From a virus, in IMG/VR virus record IMGVR_UViG_3300010885_014582, positions 1 through 64,000 of that record: a DNA stretch of 64,000 nucleotides, one strand, 5' to 3'. Positions 8,744 to 16,810 of the stretch are shown here, piece by piece. Numbering within the stretch: the stretch's first letter is position 1; each line of letters opens with the position of its first letter. The notes under the pieces are model-generated. The model saw only the letters and a program-made list of their open reading frames with translations. It had not been told where the DNA came from and did not search any database. Made by a program: the position numbers and the translations under genes.

Positions 8744-9010
8744 TTAGTTCTCCCAAACTTCACGGTGTTTTCTTTGTGCAAATGATTCAGTTGGATCGCC
8801 ATAACTTGACTTCTCTGATGGCTTTGCATCCCACAGTGCTTTGCGCTGGCGCTGTTCTTCTGTCCAGATAGGTGCTGTACTTACTGTAGTAGAGGTGCCC
8901 CACAGAGTGCGACGAGCGTTGCGGTCATGTGCACGGCTCCTCGGAGGAGATGTGATGGGTGCTGTGCCTGTGCTACCAGCACGAAGAATTGGGTCTTTCA
9001 TGGTTACCAT
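8744..9010 (-). CDS. small hypothetical protein (array member)
   Basis: ORF tiles the array. Confidence 0.5.
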   Translation of the reverse strand: MVTMKDPILRAGSTGTAPITSPPRSRAHDRNARRTLWGTSTTVSTAPIWTEEQRQRKALWDAKPSEKSSYGDPTESFAQRKHREVWEN

Positions 9011-9375
9011 GAACCCCGTCGTTCGTCAGGGTCAACTTCTCCACGAGAACTGCGTCCCATAGTGCGACTAGTTGACGGTGAGGTAATAGATGGAGATGCA
9101 CCACTTGATGCACCACCTCTGTTTTGCCATTTATCTGTAAAGTATCCAGCAGCAAGGCGAGCATTACGGGTGCTCAGTGCTTCTCCTGGCTTCATCATAC
9201 GGCTGTCTTTTGTGTCAACATATGCGCCTGGATCACCATAATCACGAGATGTGCCAGCATTAATGCTGGGAAGGTCAAACCCTTTAGGTGTGAACGATGG
9301 TGGATCTTTCCACAGTGTGGGTTGAACACCCAGTGTTTGCGGAGTTCCGATTCCTTGTTGGTATCTCATACCCAT
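9004..9375 (-). CDS. small hypothetical protein (array member)
   Basis: ORF tiles the array. Confidence 0.55.
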   Translation of the reverse strand: MGMRYQQGIGTPQTLGVQPTLWKDPPSFTPKGFDLPSINAGTSRDYGDPGAYVDTKDSRMMKPGEALSTRNARLAAGYFTDKWQNRGGASSGASPSITSPSTSRTMGRSSRGEVDPDERRGSW

Positions 9376-9674
9376 AATCCTTGCATTGAATAGCGACTTG
9401 ATGATTCACTGTTTGCGTCCATAAATCCATCACGGAACATAACTGGCGCACCAGATTGCCATGAACGGAATGTTGGAAAGTTGCGATCGAGAGTAAGGCA
9501 ATCAGACACGCTCATTGCTTGCTTTTGAATACCACGGGTCTGTGGGAACAACCCTTGTGGCACTACAGGGCGAATCTTTCGTATCTCCTCAGGCGTGGAA
9601 ATAGCAGACATGAGTGCTTGATCAACAAGCATCTCTTGCCTACTTTGCCATGGCTTATTGGGATACTGAGGCAT
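9366..9674 (-). CDS. small hypothetical protein (array member)
   Basis: ORF tiles the array. Confidence 0.6.
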   Translation of the reverse strand: MPQYPNKPWQSRQEMLVDQALMSAISTPEEIRKIRPVVPQGLFPQTRGIQKQAMSVSDCLTLDRNFPTFRSWQSGAPVMFRDGFMDANSESSSRYSMQGLWV

Positions 9675-9677
9675 TAT

Positions 9678-9887
9678 TTAACAACCTGAACGGGCTTTGT
9701 GAAATGGTGGAACACCAAATGTACGCTTTGGTTCAGATGCTTCTTCGTCTAGTTCTGATACATGACTAGCAATTTCAGAAGCATCAACGCCTCCCCATGC
9801 TGCTTTTTGTACAGCAATGTGATTAGCCATAATTGCTTCACGGTCAACACGACCAGCACCATTAGGACGGTGTACTCCACGGGGCAT
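9678..9887 (-). CDS. small protein with N-terminal RPNGAGRVDR motif
   Basis: MPRGVHRPNGAGRVDRE. Confidence 0.75.
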   Translation of the reverse strand: MPRGVHRPNGAGRVDREAIMANHIAVQKAAWGGVDASEIASHVSELDEEASEPKRTFGVPPFHKARSGC

Positions 9888-9890
9888 TAT

Positions 9891-10109
9891 TTATCCCTCT
9901 TCATTATTTTGTGGGACAGAAGGTGTATTGAAATACTCTTCAAGACGACCTTGCGCTTCTTGATGGTCGGCTCGTTGTGCCATGCGATGGTTGTGCACAT
10001 CAATACGGGCTTTGGTTAACGAAGAACTGAACAGTGGGTAACGCATTGGTTTAAATGAGTCACGGTCTACACGACCTGCACCATTAGGGCGATTTTTTCC
10101 ACGAGGCAT
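9891..10109 (-). CDS. small protein with N-terminal RPNGAGRVDR motif
   Basis: MPRGKNRPNGAGRVDRD. Confidence 0.75.
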   Translation of the reverse strand: MPRGKNRPNGAGRVDRDSFKPMRYPLFSSSLTKARIDVHNHRMAQRADHQEAQGRLEEYFNTPSVPQNNEEG

Positions 10110-10111
10110 GA

Positions 10112-10318
10112 TTATTTCTTCTTCTTCTTTGGGCGGGGGATACCTTGGGCTGGTGCCTCATCGGTGTCCTGTGAGTGGGTTACAGAAGGGTCTGCCTTCT
10201 TTGGTTGCATAGACGGGTGGTTCTGTCGAGGATCAAAGTTGACTCGGTAAACATTGCCTTCACGACTAACTTGTCGTCTTGGGCTTTGAGAAGTATCTTT
10301 ACCATCATTATTAGGCAT
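10112..10318 (-). CDS. small basic hypothetical protein (array member)
   Basis: GKDTSQSPRRQVSR; Lys-rich C-terminus. Confidence 0.6.
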   Translation of the reverse strand: MPNNDGKDTSQSPRRQVSREGNVYRVNFDPRQNHPSMQPKKADPSVTHSQDTDEAPAQGIPRPKKKKK

Positions 10319-10321
10319 TAC

Positions 10322-10543
10322 TTAGTAAGCACCTTTGGGATTTAGTTTGGCAGACTCAGGAAAATGAGCGTCTAATCCGCCGTCCATGTCATCCATAAGT
10401 TCTGGATTTTCTTTTTCATGCTTTTCGTAAGCCGTCATAGGTCGTGAATCCTGTGGATTCATTGTTTTTTTACTATAATTACCACCAAATGAAGCACGGT
10501 CAACACGACCAGCACCATTAGGACGGTGTTCTCCACGAGCCAT
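10322..10543 (-). CDS. small protein with N-terminal RPNGAGRVDR motif
   Basis: MARGEHRPNGAGRVDRA. Confidence 0.75.
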   Translation of the reverse strand: MARGEHRPNGAGRVDRASFGGNYSKKTMNPQDSRPMTAYEKHEKENPELMDDMDGGLDAHFPESAKLNPKGAY

Positions 10544-10722
10544 TATTTGTCTCCTTCATTGCGACTGTCTGGTCGATTATTTCCAAGTGCTTCATCCAAG
10601 TCAGGTAAGAACTTTTCTGGGTGTTGTTCATACATGTTTGGGAACTTACGATTTGCCGATGCAAGAAGATAGGCATCCCAATTTTCCCAAATTGGTTTAA
10701 ACTGATTGTTATTAAGAGTCAT
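10543..10722 (-). CDS. small protein (59 aa, not in ORF track)
   Basis: hand translation MTLNNNQFKPIWENW...; TAATG overlaps on both sides. Confidence 0.65.
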   Translation of the reverse strand: MTLNNNQFKPIWENWDAYLLASANRKFPNMYEQHPEKFLPDLDEALGNNRPDSRNEGDK

Positions 10723-10997
10723 TAGTTTTCGCCTCTTACACGGCGGTCTTGAACATCTTCAGCGATTCTAAAATATTGACTGTTTTGGAGTGCAGCGCCT
10801 TGACCAGATTCTCCTCCTACATACCTTTTACGGTTAGCAGGACCATATGCTTCGTCGTAGTCTGATTCTTCAGGGTTGTAGTTAACCCCACGAAGACCTT
10901 CATTGCGCTGTGCAAGCATCTCTTGTTGTGCGATCATTGCATTACGGGTGTTGAGGTATGGGTCAGCGATGTGCTGTCCCCTGTGGTTGTGTGCCAT
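10722..10997 (-). CDS. small protein with MAHxHR-IADPYL motif
   Basis: MAHNHRGQHIADPYLNTRNA; internal GESGQG. Confidence 0.7.
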   Translation of the reverse strand: MAHNHRGQHIADPYLNTRNAMIAQQEMLAQRNEGLRGVNYNPEESDYDEAYGPANRKRYVGGESGQGAALQNSQYFRIAEDVQDRRVRGEN

Positions 10998-11344
10998 TAC
11001 TGACCTTCTCTTCCTTTACGCACTGAAAACCCATGACCAGATTCACCAAATGCAAGTTTTGTGCGGTCAATAGGTGCATTAGTATCTGGCATAAGATCAG
11101 CATCAGTTGTGGTGTGTTGGTCTAGATAATCGTCGTATTCTTCTTGCATATTGCTACGACCTTGAAGACCTGGTGATTCAGATGAATTCATACCATAGAG
11201 ATTGCGAATAGTTCCTACATCAGTGCCTTGACGAGCCAACTGTGATATGTCAGCAATACGGGAGTAGTCAAGCCCTTGAATTCCTGCATTACGCTGTGTG
11301 AGGTATGGGTCTGCAATTGGGTTCATGCGGTGATCGTGTGCCAT
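10997..11344 (-). CDS. small protein with MAHxHR-IADPYL motif
   Basis: MAHDHRMNPIADPYLTQRNA; internal GESGHG. Confidence 0.7.
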   Translation of the reverse strand: MAHDHRMNPIADPYLTQRNAGIQGLDYSRIADISQLARQGTDVGTIRNLYGMNSSESPGLQGRSNMQEEYDDYLDQHTTTDADLMPDTNAPIDRTKLAFGESGHGFSVRKGREGQ

Positions 11345-11709
11345 TAGTAGGCTCCTGTCTTACTTAATTTTTTTGCCATTGGGGGCGATTTTGGAGATGG
11401 TTTTGGTTTACGAGGAACAGTCGTTCCTCCAGCAGGACCACGGAAGTCTCCTTCTCCGTCGTCCCCATTTTTTTTCGGCTGTTTAGGCTCTTTCTTCATG
11501 TAAGGCTTAACTACTGAGTTAGTTGATTCCTCATTGCCCCATTTTTTTGAAGGTGTCTTCTTATACTCAGAAGGGTTATTGTCCCATTCTTGCCAAGGAT
11601 GGTTGATTAACTGCTTATCAGAGTTTGGAATTGAAACTTTAAAACCCTTGCCATGTCTATCAGGCGAGAAAGGTGCCCTATATTCATTTGGATCAAAGCG
11701 AGAAGCCAT
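11344..11709 (-). CDS. Lys/Pro-rich hypothetical protein (array member)
   Basis: ORF with TAAAAT-N6-ATG leaderless start. Confidence 0.6.
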   Translation of the reverse strand: MASRFDPNEYRAPFSPDRHGKGFKVSIPNSDKQLINHPWQEWDNNPSEYKKTPSKKWGNEESTNSVVKPYMKKEPKQPKKNGDDGEGDFRGPAGGTTVPRKPKPSPKSPPMAKKLSKTGAY

Positions 11710-11727
11710 ATGAATATTTTAGACTAT

Positions 11728-12225
11728 TTAGCGCCAGCGTGGAGCGAGTGATTTCAACTGAGAACGGCGCTCAGGGCTAATCTGTGTTGCCTGATTAGGC
11801 TCGTCACCTCGTGGAATACCACGGGGACCTACTTTTCCGTCGTTTGTCAGACGGACAGGTTCAGCACCAACAGGAGAGAACCGCAAACCTTGTGCTTCTC
11901 TCTGTAGTCCTGTGTACATATTGAACTCTTCAGGCCAAAAGTAGTCAGTTGTATTGATTCTTTCACCTTTGTGAACACCACGGCTGTACTGGCGTGCGTT
12001 CATACGGCTTAGGGTGCCTAGAACTTTGTCTTGACGGCGGTTGGCGTCCATGGTGCCGAGGTATCCGTCTGGATACTGTGAATCTACCGCTGTGCGAAAA
12101 CCTGAAAGTTGTGCGTCTTTTCCGTTACGGAAGACAGGACTTGGTCCCATTGTGACAGCAGTGCCAACTCCAGGCGCTTGGGCTGGGCTGTTCCATGATG
12201 TAAATGTTGGTGTCTGCTGACTCAT
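11728..12225 (-). CDS. hypothetical protein (array member)
   Basis: YPDGYLGT...RGVHKGERI; PTF/PVFR near N-terminus. Confidence 0.65.
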   Translation of the reverse strand: MSQQTPTFTSWNSPAQAPGVGTAVTMGPSPVFRNGKDAQLSGFRTAVDSQYPDGYLGTMDANRRQDKVLGTLSRMNARQYSRGVHKGERINTTDYFWPEEFNMYTGLQREAQGLRFSPVGAEPVRLTNDGKVGPRGIPRGDEPNQATQISPERRSQLKSLAPRWR

Positions 12226-12374
12226 CCCCACATACCTCCTGCTGACATAGATGGTCCAAGAACCCCACCGCCACCGCCTATGGTGGAAACAGGGCGTGCA
12301 GAACGAGCAATTGCTTTCTTACGCTCATACCTTTGGAGGGTGCGTGATCTAGATCGTGGGTTCTTATTTACCAT
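12222..12374 (-). CDS. small basic protein (50 aa, not in ORF track)
   Basis: hand translation MVNKNPRSRSRTLQRYERKK...; ATGA overlap with next gene. Confidence 0.5.
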   Translation of the reverse strand: MVNKNPRSRSRTLQRYERKKAIARSARPVSTIGGGGGVLGPSMSAGGMWG

Positions 12375-12642
12375 TTTGATTATATGAAGAAGTGATGTCT
12401 TCCGAAGAGTCGTCAGGATTGAACTTATTAAGTGTTCCGCCCTGATAGGTGCCAGAGGTACCGTTAAAGGTCCCCCAGTGCGCTCCTGAGGGGCTTACAA
12501 GGTGTTCTGCGCCTGTGTTGTCCCTATGGACTGTAGCGCCCTGTGAGATGGCGCTGGAGGCTGTTTTAGCCCACTCGTTTCGTGAGGAACCAGTGGACTG
12601 ACCTTGTTGACGAAACTGACGCTGTCCTCGAAAGGTAGGCAT
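12364..12642 (-). CDS. small protein with MPTFxGxxxFR motif
   Basis: MPTFRGQRQFR. Confidence 0.7.
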   Translation of the reverse strand: MPTFRGQRQFRQQGQSTGSSRNEWAKTASSAISQGATVHRDNTGAEHLVSPSGAHWGTFNGTSGTYQGGTLNKFNPDDSSEDITSSYNQNGK

Positions 12643-13034
12643 TAGTACTCTTCACCTTTGTATTCAATCTCAGATGGTGTCCCAAGGTGACCATGCTCCA
12701 TGAAACGGGCTACAGCGGTAGTTGGGTCCATGCCATGGTCTTGAATAAACGCTCCGACATGCTTATTGTACTTTTTTCCTCTAGTGCCAAAAGCACCTGC
12801 AACGATCTGCTCTGCATGCTTTGCAGTTGAGTAGTCATGACCAGCCAAACGACCACGGATGGCTGATTCTGGGCTTACTAGTTCCTGCCAAGCCTTTTGC
12901 TGGCGACGAGAGGCACGGCGGGAAAGACCTGTGCGCTCGTATGGATCAGGGGCATCGCCAAAAGAACCAACAGGGCGTCGGTCAATGCCATCTGCGCCTG
13001 TTTCTAAGGGTGTTACATAGGAGTCAGGATCCAT
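12642..13034 (-). CDS. hypothetical protein (array member)
   Basis: start reassigned to TAATG-coupled ATG 13034 (MDPDSY). Confidence 0.6.
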   Translation of the reverse strand: MDPDSYVTPLETGADGIDRRPVGSFGDAPDPYERTGLSRRASRRQQKAWQELVSPESAIRGRLAGHDYSTAKHAEQIVAGAFGTRGKKYNKHVGAFIQDHGMDPTTAVARFMEHGHLGTPSEIEYKGEEY

Positions 13035-13204
13035 TAGGAATCTCTTTCGTCGTATTTCTGGTGGCAATTAAGGCACATTGGGTCACCTGAGTAACTCTTT
13101 TCTGTGGCTTCTTCGTTGCACCCTGCACCTGTGCATTTTTCACTACTGCGAGAGGTACCTGTTCCCTGTCGACGGAATACTGGCTTTCCTTGAAAAGTTG
13201 GCAT
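13034..13204 (-). CDS. small protein with MPTFxGxxxFR motif and Cys4 finger (56 aa, not in ORF track)
   Basis: hand translation MPTFQGKPVFRRQGTGTSRSSEKCTGAGC...MCLNCH. Confidence 0.7.
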   Translation of the reverse strand: MPTFQGKPVFRRQGTGTSRSSEKCTGAGCNEEATEKSYSGDPMCLNCHQKYDERDS

Positions 13205-13392
13205 TACCAACCTTCTCTTTGAGATTTGCGTCGCATAATATCTTCAAATTCATTGTCCAAAGGACTCCCAATAGGGTGACCACTTTCCCCAATGCGTTCT
13301 TTCTTGGGAGTTCCATCATGTGGGTTGTCGCCACGACCTGCGTTAGCGCCATTAGCGCCACGAAATACTGCATTACCGTTAAATGTTGGCAT
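13204..13392 (-). CDS. small protein with MPTFxGxxxFR motif
   Basis: MPTFNGNAVFR; internal GESGH. Confidence 0.7.
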   Translation of the reverse strand: MPTFNGNAVFRGANGANAGRGDNPHDGTPKKERIGESGHPIGSPLDNEFEDIMRRKSQREGW

Positions 13393-13441
13393 AAAAATCC
13401 TTTATTTATATAATATCTCAGAAACAGTACTCGTGTGAGTA

Positions 13442-13792
13442 CTAAGTCCAGCGAGCCATATCGTTGTCAAGTTGTGCATCATATGCTTGGTTTGCTGGTT
13501 CAGGAGAAGGGAATTGTGCACTACTAATGCCATGTCCTCCGCTTTCACCAGATCGCATAACCTGACTTGTCGCATAACTTCTTGCCATAGATGCCATGGC
13601 ACTTCTGGCTCCCATTCCTGCGCCAGCAGTTGCGGCTCCAGCGCCAGCGGCTTCAGCGCCAGCGGCTCCAGCAGTTGCGGCTCCAGCAGTTGCGGCTCCA
13701 GCAGTTGCGGCTCCAGCAGTTGCGGCTCCAGCGCCAGCGGCTTCAGCGCCAGCGGCTAAACCCAATGCGGCTAGTATTGCTGGTAAAGGCAT
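13442..13792 (-). CDS. Ala/Gly-repeat low-complexity protein
   Basis: AGAAT/AGAEA repeats; AGGAG RBS; GESGGHG and ISSAQF motifs. Confidence 0.65.
   Translation of the reverse strand: MPLPAILAALGLAAGAEAAGAGAATAGAATAGAATAGAATAGAAGAEAAGAGAATAGAGMGARSAMASMARSYATSQVMRSGESGGHGISSAQFPSPEPANQAYDAQLDNDMARWT
13620..13757. repeat. 15-bp/21-bp coding tandem repeat (GCGGCTCCAGCAGTT units)
   Basis: directly visible tandem copies. Confidence 0.9.
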
Positions 13793-13800
13793 AAGTCTCC

Positions 13801-14091
13801 TTATTTAATCACTGGTTTAAATGATATCGCAGAAATGGTATCTCCATTTTCACCTTTGATGTCATCAAATCCAATGATGAAAGTAAGGTCAATCCCTCTT
13901 GGTGCTACGAAACCACGGGAAATAGCGGCGGCTTTAGCCGCTTGGTTAACTGCTGATGCTCCAATAGCACGCATTTTAGGCAATTGCCCTGCGTTAATGG
14001 CACGAGCCAAAATGGATCCGACGGATTGAGGGTTACTAGAACCCGACACCTTCAAGACATCGTCAATAGTTGTGTTCAATTCTTGTGACAC
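13801..14091 (-). CDS. spoVS: stage V sporulation protein S family protein
   Basis: VLKVS..SNP.SV...RAIGASAVNQAAKA.AISRGFVAPRGIDL...F.DI...ISAI.F. Confidence 0.9.
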   Translation of the reverse strand: MSQELNTTIDDVLKVSGSSNPQSVGSILARAINAGQLPKMRAIGASAVNQAAKAAAISRGFVAPRGIDLTFIIGFDDIKGENGDTISAISFKPVIK

Positions 14092-14123
14092 AGTTGTACT
14101 CCTTGTTATAAGTTGTACCTATT

Positions 14124-14489
14124 CTAGTTGAATCCAGCGTCCTCTAGTAGTTGAACCAAATCATCTAACCGAAGTACAGCGTAAGACTCACCTAACGCTT
14201 TTTCTCCCTTACCAGCACGCTTGACCACCAAGACGGGTAAACCATTACCTAAACGACCTGCTTGTTCGACTGTGTCATTAAGCCATTGACTCAGTTGGAA
14301 GGCTTTCTGGTTCTTGCACTGCACCGCCACTTTACGCATGTCTGTCCTACGGGCAATACCATTGACATCACCCGTGTCGTTACCACCTGAAAGAGCAGGT
14401 CGGTGGGCATGGATAAAGCCTTTATTAATTAAATAGTCTCTTACAAGTACCTCAAAGGATGTTCCTTTGGCTTTGGCTTTGTTACTCAT
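14124..14489 (-). CDS. Holliday junction resolvase (PD-(D/E)XK)
   Basis: KAKGTSFE..VRDYL...DTGDV...VQCKN. Confidence 0.75.
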   Translation of the reverse strand: MSNKAKAKGTSFEVLVRDYLINKGFIHAHRPALSGGNDTGDVNGIARRTDMRKVAVQCKNQKAFQLSQWLNDTVEQAGRLGNGLPVLVVKRAGKGEKALGESYAVLRLDDLVQLLEDAGFN

Positions 14490-14917
14490 ATCAACAATCC
14501 TTTTCTGTCTTTGCTCCATTGGTTTACGCACTGCACACAACGCCTCCAACCCTTCTTATCAATGTGTGTATTTTCTTCATCAAAAGGGTGACCATTTTTG
14601 CAATGAGTTTTATTGGTATGCCAATTTCTGCCTTTTGCTATCATATCTGCCGTATTCAGAGCATTCGTTCCTGCCATAAGGTGCCTTGGATTTACACATG
14701 ATGGTTCGTCACATACATGCATTACAACTGGCGGATAGAAACCGTTAGCAAGAAAGAATGAGTAACGGTGTGCGCCAATCTTTTTATCCCTAACCCTAAA
14801 CTTGCCGTAACCATGGTAAAGATGACCCCGCCAAAGCCAGCACTCTTCATGGGAACCAATATCCACTTTGGTCCAGAATCTTTCAGTTGTTTTGTTTGCA
14901 ACATATCTCTTAGCCAC
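14486..14917 (-). CDS. HNH homing endonuclease
   Basis: RFWTKV...CWLW...GYG...AHRYSF...VMHVCD.PSCVNPRHL...N; C-terminal THCKNGH...CVQC. Confidence 0.9.
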   Translation of the reverse strand: MAKRYVANKTTERFWTKVDIGSHEECWLWRGHLYHGYGKFRVRDKKIGAHRYSFFLANGFYPPVVMHVCDEPSCVNPRHLMAGTNALNTADMIAKGRNWHTNKTHCKNGHPFDEENTHIDKKGWRRCVQCVNQWSKDRKGLLI

Positions 14918-15287
14918 GGGCTAACTCCCTTGATAAGCGCTCTACCTCAGTGTACAACTCATGCACCTTGGCTTTAAGCGCATCCCGCTCTGTTAAGGCT
15001 TGCACTAACTTTTCATTTAAAGATGATGCGGCGCATTCATCTACACATACTAAATTAACCATTGTTTTTATTTGTCCTTAAACATTTGTCCAGTAAATAC
15101 ACCGCAGACAAAAACCGCAGTAACCATGATTACGAGAGTAAAAAACTCAGCCATAGAACGACCTTACCTTTTCTTTTAATTGTTCGTTTTCTTTTTCTAA
15201 TTCTTGACAGCGCTCAATCCAGAATTTAATAACTCTGCGTTGTTCCACAATTTGATCACTGACTGGTAAATCGGGCATGTGGTTCAT
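14910..15287 (-). CDS. three very small ORFs (14910-15062, 15068-15154, 15147-15287)
   Basis: hand translation: 50-aa coiled coil, 28-aa single-TM peptide, 46-aa coiled coil; together they tile the gap. Confidence 0.45.
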
Positions 15288-15547
15288 TTCATGTCCCCTT
15301 TGTATGTTTTGGCAGTGCTCTGAAGATAGCCAGTACCCATTTTAGTAATTACCCAACCTGTAGGTACTTTTTTAACTAAGTTGTACTTTTCAAGCATTGC
15401 CATAGATTCTTTAGTACGAGAAATACTCCTGAATTTATTTGGAAACATTGCGTAAACATCTTCAGCAGTAACTGGCTTGTTCTTCATGACAGCGTATTTA
15501 AGTGCACAGTGGGTAGACCCACCATTAAGGATTCGTGGTGTGCTCAT
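15284..15547 (-). CDS. winged-HTH-like hypothetical protein
   Basis: LEKYNLVKK...WVITKMG wing pattern. Confidence 0.5.
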   Translation of the reverse strand: MSTPRILNGGSTHCALKYAVMKNKPVTAEDVYAMFPNKFRSISRTKESMAMLEKYNLVKKVPTGWVITKMGTGYLQSTAKTYKGDMK

Positions 15548-16030
15548 GGCAAGTACCGAGCCTGACGACGCTCTTGTGGGGCAAGACCAATACGGCGACT
15601 CAACTCACGGCTTAGTACTTGAGCACCACGCTCACACCGTTCAAATACAGATTCAACCAGTTTGCGGTATGCACGGCACTCCGAATAAACATTCTGTGCC
15701 TCAACGACCTCTGGGTTGATGTCCCTATGAGCCTTGGCAAGTGTGACAGTGTCACCCTTTTCCTTGACGCCCCATTGACTGATAAGGACCATTGACTCAG
15801 TCAAGCGCAAATCGTTTGCGGCTCGTTCTTCTGCGATCTCTGCTTGTACATAATCAGACTTAGCGTAGGAAACCCACGACATAAACTGGTTGTACAGCGA
15901 CATCAAGTCACTATCTGATAACTCGTCTAACAGGTTGGGAACTACTGGAATCTCCGTCACTGGCTTGTCTGGAAGATCGAACTTCTTTTGAAACCTCGCT
16001 ACTACTGGATCCACTGGGCGGTTGCTCATC
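15544..16030 (-). CDS. helical hypothetical protein (possible UvsY-like mediator)
   Basis: coiled-coil sequence ending LSRELSRR, located in the recombination cluster. Confidence 0.45.
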
Positions 16031-16810
16031 ACTACTCTTGTCACTCCAACACTCCTTTTTGAATGGACAACTTTTACACACACGATTCTCTGGGGAAACC
16101 CATGATGGTCGATCTGGTGGGATACCTGATTCTATCGCCCTTACAACAGAATGACACGCACCAAGTATGGGATCAACAATTTCTGGTTGATAGGAAATAG
16201 AGAATTCTTTTACAGCCTGCGTTGCTTTCCATTCGTACAAGATGACTGCTTGATCAATGCCAAGACAGTACATGTACAACTGTGTTTGACGCACATGTGA
16301 ATCAAACGGAAACTTAATGCGGTTCCACAACTCATCAAGAGTAATTTCTTTTTTACCGTAAGGTGCAAACAGTCCGTAATCTTCCATACGAACAGTTCCT
16401 ACGCCAACACTTTTGATCTCAAGTACTGCACGACCTTGTTTGTCATTGATGATGCCATCAGCATGACCAATGATGCGGTGCTCTTCATTAAAGATGGGTG
16501 CTTCAATAGACTCCATCAATCCTGCTTCAGTAAGCCAACCTTGCCACTTACCATGAATAAGATGTCCTTCAGCAAAGATATTTAATCGTTGAAGAGTGAA
16601 AGACTCTGGCGCTTCTTCACGACCATTGATGCGGTACCAAGATGACCGAGGGCACCAATCCTTCTTACATATCTCAGAAGGGTGCAAATGTAGTTTGTCA
16701 CGCTCAGTGCTGGTCTTAGAGTTGTTCTCTAGTAGAAGTCTCTCAACAGGCGCTAGGAGTCTGTGGGGGCTATTGATAAGCCTCTTCATGTCTGCTGGGT
16801 TAATAGCCAT
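15911..16810 (-). CDS. Cas4/RecB-like PD-(D/E)XK exonuclease with Fe-S cysteines
   Basis: HPSEIC..WCPR...GHADG...LEIKS...QTQLYM...CKSCPFKKEC. Confidence 0.85.
   Translation of the reverse strand: MAINPADMKRLINSPHRLLAPVERLLLENNSKTSTERDKLHLHPSEICKKDWCPRSSWYRINGREEAPESFTLQRLNIFAEGHLIHGKWQGWLTEAGLMESIEAPIFNEEHRIIGHADGIINDKQGRAVLEIKSVGVGTVRMEDYGLFAPYGKKEITLDELWNRIKFPFDSHVRQTQLYMYCLGIDQAVILYEWKATQAVKEFSISYQPEIVDPILGACHSVVRAIESGIPPDRPSWVSPENRVCKSCPFKKECWSDKSSDEQPPSGSSSSEVSKEVRSSRQASDGDSSSSQPVRRVIR

Noticed and set aside
9840-10530. About 33-bp repeats resembling CRISPR repeats
   Set aside because: Spacing is hundreds of bp and irregular, copies sit in frame at gene starts and vary synonymously; no cas operon is present.
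13472-13808. Plus-strand ORFs with SSCG, RLQQL or APAVA repeats
   Set aside because: Shadow frames of the tandem repeat; the minus-strand ORF has the RBS and matches operon direction.
14486-14917. HNH gene as part of a self-splicing intron
   Set aside because: It is translationally coupled to intact neighbours; no interrupted host gene is evident.
15911-16810. Cas4-like gene as evidence of CRISPR-Cas
   Set aside because: Solo Cas4-like nucleases are common in phage recombination modules; there is no cas1/cas2 or array.
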